This document shows positions 1 to 8,301 of a DNA stretch of 38,976 nucleotides, in pieces. Positions within the stretch are counted from its first letter, which is position 1, and every line of letters starts with the position of its first letter. Both the position numbers and the translations under genes were made by a program. This DNA is from Dehalococcoidia bacterium (GTDB lineage: Bacteria; Chloroflexota; Dehalococcoidia; UBA6926): positions 1-38,976 of the forward strand of contig CAXXET010000005.1 in assembly GCA_963666115.2 (NCBI GenBank). The letters run 5' to 3'. The notes below the pieces were generated by a model. The model made no database searches. It was given only the letters and a program-made list of their open reading frames with translations, and was not told the DNA's origin.

Positions 1-96
1 TGCCACAGGAGCCCACAAGAGGCCAAGCGCCACCAATATGAGCATCGGCGACACGATAATCGCCAGAACGGCCAACTGCCACATAAGACTGTTCAC
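1..96 (-). CDS. N-terminal fragment of a probable membrane protein (runs off the window)
   Basis: My translation from GTG at 96 is MNSLMWQLAVLAIIVSPMLILVALGLLWAPVA, hydrophobic and open to the window edge. Confidence 0.4.
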   Translation of the reverse strand, partial: MNSLMWQLAVLAIIVSPMLILVALGLLWAPVA

Positions 97-124
97 CGGC
101 TACTCATTTATGGGCATAGGTAGC

Positions 125-1678
125 TCACATCATCCGCGCGTCATCAGGCCCCATCCCTGGCGGCGGACTCTCCTCATGCGGGCGCAGGTCTGAGCGGACG
201 CGCATCCAGCGGGGGAGCGGGGCGCGGACGGGGCGTTCCTCCGTTGTGGGAGCCGCAGTCGTCGTCTCCGGCTTGCGGCGCGGCGGCGGGTACAACTCTC
301 TTATGCTGGCCCAGATGGCGCGTATCTGCCCCACGTCCTCCCGTGACGGCGGGATGCCCCCATACCGCGCCCGCACAAAGGAATCCGTGAAGATGCCGAT
401 ATCCTGCCCCACAAACAGGCGGCTGAGTTCCGGATGAAACTCCTCCGGCGTCTCCCACCCCTCACGTGACACTCCATGATCGTCCGCCAGCGCCACCAGT
501 CCCCGGTATGCTCCGAGCGCGACGGAGACGGGATTGTTGGGGTCCAGATCGGTTGTTACCTCATCATGCCGGGGCGGTCTGCGAAATCGCGCAGCCAGCG
601 CCGACAACGCGGACGAAAGGTCTTCGACAATCGTCGTCTCGCCCTGCAGCCGCTCGCGCTCCTCGTCCATCTCCTGCTGCGAGCGGCGTCCGCGGAACCC
701 GCTGAACAGCCTCCACAGGAACCACGCGACGCCAACAACAGCCGCCGTGACGGCAGTCCAGCCCAGGAGCCGGGACAGCCAGTACAGCAGCCTGTTCTCC
801 GTCTCGTCACGCGTAAATATCTGCTCGTAGTCCGGGGCGGACGGCAATCGGAACTCGACGCTTTCACCCTCGGTGGCGAAGAGGCGAATCACTTCAAAGA
901 ACGCCCAGACAAAGGCCTGGATGACAATCTCAAAGAGCCAGCCGATGACGGCCAGGACGGGCAGGAACAGCCGCCCCGCGAATGCGAACACCGTGCCCGC
1001 AACGCGTCCCAGCTCTCCCTCTGCCAGGACGGCCAGCAGGACGCTGCCGATGAGGATGCCGCCGACGGTCAGCGCCATCATGCGGGGCCAGTCGCGCAGG
1101 CCGGCGCTCTGCTCCGGGTCCATCGACGTGATGTGAATCAGGGCGAACGATGCGATGCCCATCCCAAAGAAGAGGAACGTGGGGATTGGCGTGCCGGAGT
1201 AGCCGTCGATCAGGACGTCAACAACCACTCCCACCACGACGACCGCAACGCCGATGCGGAACGACTGCGCGAGCGTGGTGACCCAGACGATTTCCTGCCC
1301 CAGGTGCGTGCCGCGCCACCAGAACACGCCGAGCATGATGCCGCCGACGATTGGGTGGCGCCCCTCCTGCCAGTCCTGCCAGAACCACAGCGGCCATGAG
1401 AAATCCCACCCCACCTGCGGCAGCATGGCGATGCCGAGATAGATGACGATGGCGCCGCCCCCCGCCACGATGCCCCGCGCCGCCGCGATGGGCGCGTCTG
1501 CGGGAACGACCCAGCGTGTGAGGATATAGCCGGACGCCGTCACGATCAACGCCAGCCACACGGGCACGAGGCTCTCTCCTGCGCCGATCAGCAGCAGCGC
1601 AAGCGCGCCCGCAATGGTGATCCACGCCACCTCCATCGTGAGGCGCGCGCCCTCTAGGGCCAGCGGCGCCCACCTCAT
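125..1678 (-). CDS. Multi-pass membrane protein with C-terminal DUF4129-like domain
   Basis: Many TM helices; C-terminal AY..L...G..R...ETPEEF...F..ARYG pattern; third gene of a MoxR-DUF58 operon, overlapping the previous stop (ATGA). Confidence 0.75.
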   Translation of the reverse strand: MRWAPLALEGARLTMEVAWITIAGALALLLIGAGESLVPVWLALIVTASGYILTRWVVPADAPIAAARGIVAGGGAIVIYLGIAMLPQVGWDFSWPLWFWQDWQEGRHPIVGGIMLGVFWWRGTHLGQEIVWVTTLAQSFRIGVAVVVVGVVVDVLIDGYSGTPIPTFLFFGMGIASFALIHITSMDPEQSAGLRDWPRMMALTVGGILIGSVLLAVLAEGELGRVAGTVFAFAGRLFLPVLAVIGWLFEIVIQAFVWAFFEVIRLFATEGESVEFRLPSAPDYEQIFTRDETENRLLYWLSRLLGWTAVTAAVVGVAWFLWRLFSGFRGRRSQQEMDEERERLQGETTIVEDLSSALSALAARFRRPPRHDEVTTDLDPNNPVSVALGAYRGLVALADDHGVSREGWETPEEFHPELSRLFVGQDIGIFTDSFVRARYGGIPPSREDVGQIRAIWASIRELYPPPRRKPETTTAAPTTEERPVRAPLPRWMRVRSDLRPHEESPPPGMGPDDARMM

Positions 1679-2961
1679 GGCGTCGCCCCCTGCGGCGGCG
1701 CGGCGCGCTCCACGCGGCGGGTCACCCCCGGACGGAAGACCGCCTCGTGCTCCAACTGCGCCATCTGATGCCCGATTTCATGCACGGTGATGTCGGGATC
1801 GGACAGCAGCGGCGAGGGCGTTTCGGACGTCCAGACCACGGTCGGCTTGGCTCCTGCCCGCCGCAGGCTGTGCAGCGCGTCGATGGTGTCCTCATCCATC
1901 ACGCTCGTCACGAGCACAATCGTCGCGCCCACCGGCAGCCGCCGCGTCTGCTCCATCAGGAACTGCCCCATCGCCTGCCGCCCAAGCGGAGTCACCACCG
2001 CAAGGCTCTCCAGCACAGTCGTCAACTGCTCGCGCGCGCGATTCGGCAGCACGCGGATCGGCTCGTCCGTCAGCGGCGAGACGCTGTTCGTCATCAGTCC
2101 GAATGACATCTTTCGCGCATACGCCCATTCGGCAATGGACGCCGCCGCCGTCACTCCTCGCTCCAGCAACAGGGGCGAATAGCCCCACTGCCCTTCACTG
2201 GCCGTCAGCGTCTGCGCGTTCAACGCGAGAATCATCGTCTCCGAGACGGACGGCGAGAAGAGCCGCACGGTCAGAGACTGGGAACGCGCCGTCGCCTTCC
2301 AGTCCACGCGCCGCAGCGCGTCGCCGGGCTCATACGGCCGCAGGCCGCGCAGCCTGCTCGGGTCTTCGTGGTACGGCTGCCCCCCGCGCTGTTCGCCGAA
2401 CGGACGCCGCGCCGGGATGCCCAACGCGGGCAGCGGCAGCGTCTGCGGATAGACGATGAGGTGATCCCACTGCGGCTCAAGGCGCTCTGAGAAGAAGAAG
2501 CCAAACACGTCCCCGCTCGTCACGCTTGCCGGGCCGAATCGATACAGCCCCCGCTTCCTGCACTCCATCGTGAAACGCCACGTCACCCGTTCGTACCGCG
2601 CCAGCGAGGTAGAGCGTGTCGTCGTGTATGTCCCCTGCTCCACGCGAATCGTACGCGGCTTGTCCGCCTCCTCCAGGCCGGATGGAAACTGGTCCTCGAG
2701 CGTAACCCACGGCATGGGAATCGCCTTGCGGTTGGTCACACGCAGGTGAACGTTCACATTGTCGCCGACGAACGCCCGCGTCTCGGAGAGCGACCGTTCA
2801 AACGTCACCCGCCCCAGGGAAACGCGGTTCCATCCATACGCGACCAGGTACGTCAGGATGATGAGCGCGCCCAATCCGACAAGAAGGCCCTGCCCGGTCG
2901 CAAGGCCGACGACCATCAGCAGGCCGAACGTGGCTACCCAGCCGCCCGTGAGCGTGAGCAT
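1675..2961 (-). CDS. DUF58 domain-containing protein
   Basis: GLRPYEPGDALRRVDWKATAR motif, RGLYRFGP...SGDVFGFF, N-terminal TM helices; directly downstream of MoxR. Confidence 0.88.
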   Translation of the reverse strand: MLTLTGGWVATFGLLMVVGLATGQGLLVGLGALIILTYLVAYGWNRVSLGRVTFERSLSETRAFVGDNVNVHLRVTNRKAIPMPWVTLEDQFPSGLEEADKPRTIRVEQGTYTTTRSTSLARYERVTWRFTMECRKRGLYRFGPASVTSGDVFGFFFSERLEPQWDHLIVYPQTLPLPALGIPARRPFGEQRGGQPYHEDPSRLRGLRPYEPGDALRRVDWKATARSQSLTVRLFSPSVSETMILALNAQTLTASEGQWGYSPLLLERGVTAAASIAEWAYARKMSFGLMTNSVSPLTDEPIRVLPNRAREQLTTVLESLAVVTPLGRQAMGQFLMEQTRRLPVGATIVLVTSVMDEDTIDALHSLRRAGAKPTVVWTSETPSPLLSDPDITVHEIGHQMAQLEHEAVFRPGVTRRVERAAPPQGATP

Positions 2962-2963
2962 CT

Positions 2964-3920
2964 CTAGTGGTCCGCGGCGACCCCTTCGGCCACGGCATCA
3001 TCCTCCGGCTGCCCGCTGATCGGCACGGGCACGGTGCGGAGAACATCGTCCACGACGTCAAGGGATGTGAGGCCGCGCAGCCGCGCCTGCGCATTCAAAA
3101 TCACACGATGGGTCAGCACGTATGGCGCGAGACGCTTTACGTCGTCCGGCGTCACGTAGTCGCGCCCCTGCTGGAGCGCCAACGCCTGCGACGTGTGGTG
3201 AAGCGCCAGTGATGCCCGCGGGCTTGCGCCGAGGTCCAGCGACGGATGGCCGCGCGTGGAGTGAACGATGCCGATGATGTACTCCTCCAGCGCCGGCTCC
3301 ACCCGCGCCGCCGCAATCTGATCCTGCAAGGACAGCAGCTCCTGCGCCAAGAGAACCGGCCGCACGCGCTCCAGCGGGTCGTCCGCGTTGAACCGGTGAA
3401 TCATCCGCGCCTCTTCCTCTGCCGAGGGAAGGCCAAGGCTCAACCGCATGAGAAAACGATCCAACTGCGCCTCCGGCAGCGGGAACGTTCCTTCGAGTTC
3501 GATGGGGTTCTGCGTGGCCATGACCATGAACGGCGCGGGCAGCGGGAGGGTTTCGCCCTCGATGGTCACCTGCCCCTCCTGCATGGCCTCCAGGAGGGCC
3601 GACTGCGTGCGCGGCGTTGCGCGGTTCACCTCATCGGCCAGGAGGACCTGCGAGAAGATCGGCCCCTGCCGCAGTTCAAATTCGCCGGACCGCTGATTGT
3701 AGTAGTTGATGCCCGTGATGTCCGCCGGCATGAGGTCCGGCGTGAATTGCACGCGGCTGAACGTGCAGCCCAACGAGGCGGACAACGCCTTGGCCAGCGT
3801 CGTCTTGCCGCTCCCCGGCACGTCCTCGAAGAGAAGGTGGCCGCGGCACAGGAGCGCCGTGACGGCCAACTCAATGACGTCATCCTTGCCGACGATGACG
3901 GAGGCCACGCTTTCTGCCAC
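2964..3920 (-). CDS. MoxR family AAA+ ATPase (true start may be a non-canonical ATC at 3962 or ATA at 3965)
   Basis: GHLLFEDVPGSGKT Walker A, RVQFTPDLMPADITG, LADEVNRATPRTQSALLEAMQE, ATQNPIELEGTFPLPEAQLDRF. Confidence 0.95.
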   Translation of the reverse strand: MAESVASVIVGKDDVIELAVTALLCRGHLLFEDVPGSGKTTLAKALSASLGCTFSRVQFTPDLMPADITGINYYNQRSGEFELRQGPIFSQVLLADEVNRATPRTQSALLEAMQEGQVTIEGETLPLPAPFMVMATQNPIELEGTFPLPEAQLDRFLMRLSLGLPSAEEEARMIHRFNADDPLERVRPVLLAQELLSLQDQIAAARVEPALEEYIIGIVHSTRGHPSLDLGASPRASLALHHTSQALALQQGRDYVTPDDVKRLAPYVLTHRVILNAQARLRGLTSLDVVDDVLRTVPVPISGQPEDDAVAEGVAADH

Positions 3921-4034
3921 ACGCCGCCCGGCCTCTTGAACAGTTAAGGATTGGTTAGCGATTATGGGGCTCCCTCACGTTGATTCCCACAAGTCTACGG
4001 GCTGCCCTGCCCCCCGTCTATACACCCCCTCCTG

Positions 4035-4088
4035 TCATGGTGAGCCTGTCGAACCACCCCCGTTCATGGTTCGACAGGCTCACCATGA
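4035..4088. repeat. REP/REPIN-like 22-bp perfect inverted repeat
   Basis: TCATGGTGAGCCTGTCGAACCA (4035-4056) and its exact reverse complement (4067-4088) with a 10-nt spacer, in a divergent intergenic region. Confidence 0.8.
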
Positions 4089-4178
4089 ACGGCTACAGTG
4101 GTAGTGGTAGGGGAATGTCCGCGCGCGGCGCGGCGTCCGATACGCACGAGAACGCGGCAAAGATTCTGGGAGGAAGAG

Positions 4179-4841
4179 ATGCCGGATACGATTGTCTCTC
4201 ACGACGTTGACCTGGTGAAGGGGTATGCCGCCTATCCGATGGCGGAAGGCAAGTACCCGGGCATTGTCGTGATCCAGGAGTGGTGGGGCCTCGATGAGCA
4301 CATCCGGGACGTGACCCGCCGGTTCGCGCGGCAGGGCTACACGGCCATCGCGCCTGACCTGTTCCACGGCGATGTCGTCAACGAGCCGTCCGAGGCGCAG
4401 AAGCTCGCGATGGGCCTTGATCGCGGACGCGCAGTTCGCGACACGCGCGCAGCCATCGACTACATCAAGAGCTGCGACTCCTCAAACGGCAGCGTGGCCG
4501 TCATCGGCTACTGCCTCGGCGGCGGCGTTTCCCTGCTGACCGCGACGGAGGACGACGGCGTCTCAGCGACCGTCGTCTACTACGGCGGCATCCCCGATCC
4601 CGCCGATGCGCTGGACAACGTGAACTCCCCCGTGCTTGCCGTCTACGGCAGCGACGAGGCGGATCGCGCCAACCAGTTGGAGAGCGAGTTGAACGCGCGC
4701 GGCAAGTCCGTCGAGAAGCACATCTACGACGGCGCGACGCACGGCTTCTTCAATGATTCCGGCCAGGGCTACCACGCCGACGCCTCCGCCGACGCATGGG
4801 AGAAGACCCTCGCCTTCCTCAAGGCAAACGTCCCGGCGTAA
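4179..4841 (+). CDS. Dienelactone hydrolase family protein
   Basis: PGIVVIQEWWGL, nucleophile motif GYCLGG, HGFFND; purine-rich GGAGGAAGAG before ATG 4179. Confidence 0.9.
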   Translation: MPDTIVSHDVDLVKGYAAYPMAEGKYPGIVVIQEWWGLDEHIRDVTRRFARQGYTAIAPDLFHGDVVNEPSEAQKLAMGLDRGRAVRDTRAAIDYIKSCDSSNGSVAVIGYCLGGGVSLLTATEDDGVSATVVYYGGIPDPADALDNVNSPVLAVYGSDEADRANQLESELNARGKSVEKHIYDGATHGFFNDSGQGYHADASADAWEKTLAFLKANVPA

Positions 4842-4868
4842 CAGCCACGCGGCACGCACGAATCCTGT

Positions 4869-4896
4869 GTAGGGGCGGTTCGCGAACCGCCCCTAC
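4869..4896. repeat. GTAG-type REP palindrome
   Basis: Perfect 28-nt palindrome GTAGGGGCGGTTCGCGAACCGCCCCTAC between convergent genes; near-identical copy at 28954-28980. Confidence 0.8.
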
Positions 4897-5900
4897 GTTT
4901 CTCTGTTGATCAGGTAATCGCCGATTTCCGTTAGCGCGGCGGTTCCGGCGTCCGGCAAGCCGGCCTGTTCAATCATGCTGCGGGCCTTTGCCCAGTGCGC
5001 CTGCGCCTCAGCCGCGCAAAACTCCCGCGCCCCAACAGACTCCAAAAGGCCGACCACCTCATCCACGTCATCCGGGCCAAAGCCGCTGCGGTACATGTCA
5101 CGCAGCCTCTCAGCATCCGGCGAGTCATCCTGCGTGAGGCCGTAGACGACGGGCAAGCTCTTCTTGCCGTCGCGGATATCCAGCGCGGTCTCCTTGCCGA
5201 TGATCTCCCCGCCCCAGATATCGAGCACGTCGTCGTGAATCTGGAACGCGATGCCCATCTCGAAACCTGCTTCCCCCAGCAGCCTGCCCTGCTCTGCCGA
5301 TCCGCCCGCAAACACGCTGCCGATCTCCAGCGCGCACCGGAACGCCTCCGACGTCTTGTTGCCGATCATCGTCTTGTAGTCCGAAATCGTCACGTCGGCG
5401 CGGCTCTCGAACTCGATGTCCAGCGTCTGCCCCTCGCAGAGCGCAAGGCACGTCTCGTCCAACATCCGAACCGCGTGGAGAACGCTGTGCGGCGGCGCGC
5501 CGTCCGCCGCCATCCGTAATACGACAAGCTGTGAGAGCGCGTGCATCGCGTCTCCCGCGTTGATTGCCTGGGACGTCCCCCACGCGCTCCACACCGTCGG
5601 GCGGTTGCGGCGGTACGAGCTTTCGTCCTGGATGTCGTCGTGGATCAGGGAGAAGTTATGCAGTAGTTCCAGCCCCACGGCGGCGGGGAGAGCGTCTTCC
5701 CATTTCCCGCCGCACGCCTCCGCCGTCACCAAAGCGAGTGTGGGGCGGAGGTACTTGCCGCCCTGCGTCAGCGCGCCGCCCTCCCACCCAAGGTGGTGGC
5801 GCATCATGTCAAACAGGCGGCCCTGGCGGCCGGCCAGAATACGGGTGATGGCTTCATCGATTGTGGAGCGGAAACGGTCGAGGGACGCCGGGGCTTGCAT
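4893..5900 (-). CDS. Polyprenyl synthetase (likely geranylgeranyl diphosphate synthase)
   Basis: GGKYLRP, FARM FSLIHDDIQDESSYRRNRPT, GQTLD, KT, SARM FQIHDDVLD, GKKSLP. Start set at ATG 5900, just after the tsaC stop. Confidence 0.92.
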   Translation of the reverse strand: MQAPASLDRFRSTIDEAITRILAGRQGRLFDMMRHHLGWEGGALTQGGKYLRPTLALVTAEACGGKWEDALPAAVGLELLHNFSLIHDDIQDESSYRRNRPTVWSAWGTSQAINAGDAMHALSQLVVLRMAADGAPPHSVLHAVRMLDETCLALCEGQTLDIEFESRADVTISDYKTMIGNKTSEAFRCALEIGSVFAGGSAEQGRLLGEAGFEMGIAFQIHDDVLDIWGGEIIGKETALDIRDGKKSLPVVYGLTQDDSPDAERLRDMYRSGFGPDDVDEVVGLLESVGAREFCAAEAQAHWAKARSMIEQAGLPDAGTAALTEIGDYLINRET

Positions 5901-5914
5901 CGGCCCGCCGGTGC

Positions 5915-6610
5915 CTAGCGGACGCGCGTGCGCCTGCCGCGCGGATTCTGCCCTTTGGAGTCGGAATCGGCGATGGCGGCAATGACTTCGCTGGACGGGA
6001 TCGCGCCCTCGCGCAGCACCTGCGGCCTGCTGGTTGTGAGGTCGACGATGGTGGACGGCTGCCCAGCCGGCAGCGTTCCCTCCCCCACCGCATAGTCCAG
6101 CCACGGGCCCAGTTCCTCCAACACGTCATCGAGTGAGCGGGCGTCGGACGAGCCGGAGCGGTTGGCGCTCGTGCCAATGACGGGCCGCCCGAATTCCCGG
6201 ATCAGGTCTCGCGCGACGGGATGATCCGGAACGCGCACGGCGATGGTGGTTGCCCCGCCGCTGACGATGTCCGGCAGGTCCGGCGAGCGCTTGACCACCA
6301 TCGTCAACGCGCCCGGCCAATACCGGTTCGCCAGTGTCGATGCGCTGTCCGGCAAGTCGATGGCCACCTTGCTGAGCTGCTGCGCGTCCGCCAGCAGGAC
6401 GGGCAAGCCCTGCCCGTGGTCGCGCCCTTTCGCGCGGTAGACCCGTTCGACGGCCTCGGCATTGAAAGCGTCGGCGCCAAGCGCGAACAGGGTGTCCGTC
6501 GGAAAGCACACAATCCCGCCAACCCGAAGCATCACGACTGCTGCGCGAATCTGAAGCTCTGGGTCGCTTGCCTGGACTGCTGCCTCGTCAACGACGGTTT
6601 GATTGGTCAC
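5915..6610 (-). CDS. tsaC: L-threonylcarbamoyladenylate synthase (TsaC/YrdC/Sua5 family)
   Basis: FPTDTLFALG, KGR, YWPGALT, AVRVPDHP, TSANRSG, PSTIVD; AAGGAG SD before GTG. Confidence 0.93.
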   Translation of the reverse strand: MTNQTVVDEAAVQASDPELQIRAAVVMLRVGGIVCFPTDTLFALGADAFNAEAVERVYRAKGRDHGQGLPVLLADAQQLSKVAIDLPDSASTLANRYWPGALTMVVKRSPDLPDIVSGGATTIAVRVPDHPVARDLIREFGRPVIGTSANRSGSSDARSLDDVLEELGPWLDYAVGEGTLPAGQPSTIVDLTTSRPQVLREGAIPSSEVIAAIADSDSKGQNPRGRRTRVR

Positions 6611-6690
6611 GCGGTGACTCCTTGACCAAGTATAGCACCGGTTAGTAGGCTGAGCGTCAATGGGATGTCTGTGGGGGACTGGCAGCGCAC

Positions 6691-8223
6691 ATGATCGTCG
6701 TCATCGACTTTGGCTCACAATACAGCCTCCTTATCGCGCGCCGCATCCGTGAGTTGAACGTCTATTGCGAGGTCGTGCCCGCAACGATGCCCTGGGATGA
6801 CATCGCCCGGCTGCGGCCCAGGGGATTCATCTTCTCCGGCGGACCGGCCAGCGTCTATGAGCCGGACGCGCCCATGGCGCCCGCAGAGGTCTATGAGGCG
6901 GGCGTGCCGATTCTCGGCATCTGCTACGGGATGCAGCTCCTTGCACACCAGCTTGGCGGCGCCGTCGAGAACACCACGCGGCGCGAATACGGTCACGCCA
7001 TGCTGAATCACGCAGACGCGATTGCCGATCCGCTGCTGGAGGGCCTGCCGTCGACGATGCCGGTCTGGATGAGCCACGGCGACCACGTGACGACCCCGCC
7101 GGCGGGTTTCCACACGCTGGCGTTCACGGACAACTCCCCCATCGCCGCAATGGCCAACGATTCCGGCTGCTACGGGCTGCAATTTCACCCGGAAGTCGTG
7201 CATACGCCCAACGGCAAGCAGCTTCTGGAGAATTTCCTGTTCAGGGTGTGCAAGTGCGAGCCGACGTGGACCGCGGCCAATTTCGTGGAGGCGACGGTGG
7301 CGCGCGTCCGCGAGCAGGTGGGAGACGGCCACGCGATCTGCGCCTTGTCCGGCGGGGTTGATTCGGCGGTGGCCGCCGCCCTCGTCCACCGCGCTATTGG
7401 AGACCGGCTCACCTGCATCTTCGTCAACAACGGCCTGCTCCGCAAGGACGAGCCGGAGCAACTGCGTGAGACGTTCGGACACAGCCTCCACATGAATCTC
7501 ATCGTCAGCGAGTCCACGGATCGATTCCTGGAGCGCCTGGAGGGAATCACCGACCCTGAAACAAAGCGCAAGACCATCGGCGAGGAGTTTATCTGGGTCT
7601 TTGAAGAGGAAGCCGGCAAGCTCGGCGAAGTTGATTTCCTCGTGCAGGGCACGACCTACCCCGACGTCATCGAGAGCCTGACGGCGGAGAACACCACGTC
7701 CGCCGTAATCAAGACGCACCACAACGTCGGCGGCCTGCCGGAGGAGATGCGCCTGGAGCTGGTTGAGCCGCTGCGCTATCTCTTTAAGGATGAGGTTCGC
7801 GCTGTCGGTTCGGAACTCGGCCTCCCGGAGGAGATCGTGTGGCGGCAGCCGTTTCCCGGGCCGGGTCTGGCCATCCGCATCCTCGGCGAGGTGACGCGCG
7901 AGGGCCTGCACACGCTCCGCGAGGCGGACGCCATCGTCACTGAGGAAATCCGCAACGCCAACCTGACGCGGGAGCTATGGCAGTCATTTGCCGTGCTGAC
8001 GGCGTCCCGCACCGTCGGCGTGCAGGGCGACTTTCGGACGTATGGAAACGTCATTGCCATCCGCGCCGTCACGTCCGAAGACGCCATGACCGCCGATTGG
8101 GCGCGGCTGCCCTACGATCTCCTGGCGCGCATCTCATCCCGCATTGCCAACGAGGCCCCCAACGTCAACCGCGTCGTCTACGACATCACGAGCAAACCCC
8201 CGGGAACAATAGAGTGGGAATAA
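6691..8223 (+). CDS. guaA: GMP synthase (glutamine-hydrolysing)
   Basis: [35 protein letters not shown]-terminal KPPGTIEWE. Confidence 0.98.
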   Translation: MIVVIDFGSQYSLLIARRIRELNVYCEVVPATMPWDDIARLRPRGFIFSGGPASVYEPDAPMAPAEVYEAGVPILGICYGMQLLAHQLGGAVENTTRREYGHAMLNHADAIADPLLEGLPSTMPVWMSHGDHVTTPPAGFHTLAFTDNSPIAAMANDSGCYGLQFHPEVVHTPNGKQLLENFLFRVCKCEPTWTAANFVEATVARVREQVGDGHAICALSGGVDSAVAAALVHRAIGDRLTCIFVNNGLLRKDEPEQLRETFGHSLHMNLIVSESTDRFLERLEGITDPETKRKTIGEEFIWVFEEEAGKLGEVDFLVQGTTYPDVIESLTAENTTSAVIKTHHNVGGLPEEMRLELVEPLRYLFKDEVRAVGSELGLPEEIVWRQPFPGPGLAIRILGEVTREGLHTLREADAIVTEEIRNANLTRELWQSFAVLTASRTVGVQGDFRTYGNVIAIRAVTSEDAMTADWARLPYDLLARISSRIANEAPNVNRVVYDITSKPPGTIEWE

Positions 8224-8234
8224 CCAAACCTACC

Positions 8235-8261
8235 TGTCATTCTGAGCGCAGCGAAGAATCT
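8235..8261 (+). repeat. TGTC-type REP-like repeat, copy 1
   Basis: TGTCATTCTGAGCGCAGCGAAGAATCT, an imperfect hairpin; related copies at 10122, 33258 and 36109. Confidence 0.8.
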
Positions 8262-8301
8262 AACGACTCATTTGCCATGCCGGTAAGCGCTCGGTGACCC
8301 C

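Noticed and set aside
125-3920. MoxR-DUF58-DUF4129 cluster as a novel system
   Set aside because: This is a known, widespread MoxR operon type, although its function is poorly defined.
5901-6104. Apparent N-terminal extension of the polyprenyl synthetase in the ORF track
   Set aside because: It overlaps tsaC in another frame; the ATG at 5900 gives a normal-length enzyme.
6611-6690. Possible purine riboswitch upstream of guaA or the pur genes
   Set aside because: The intergenic regions are too short and lack recognisable aptamer motifs.
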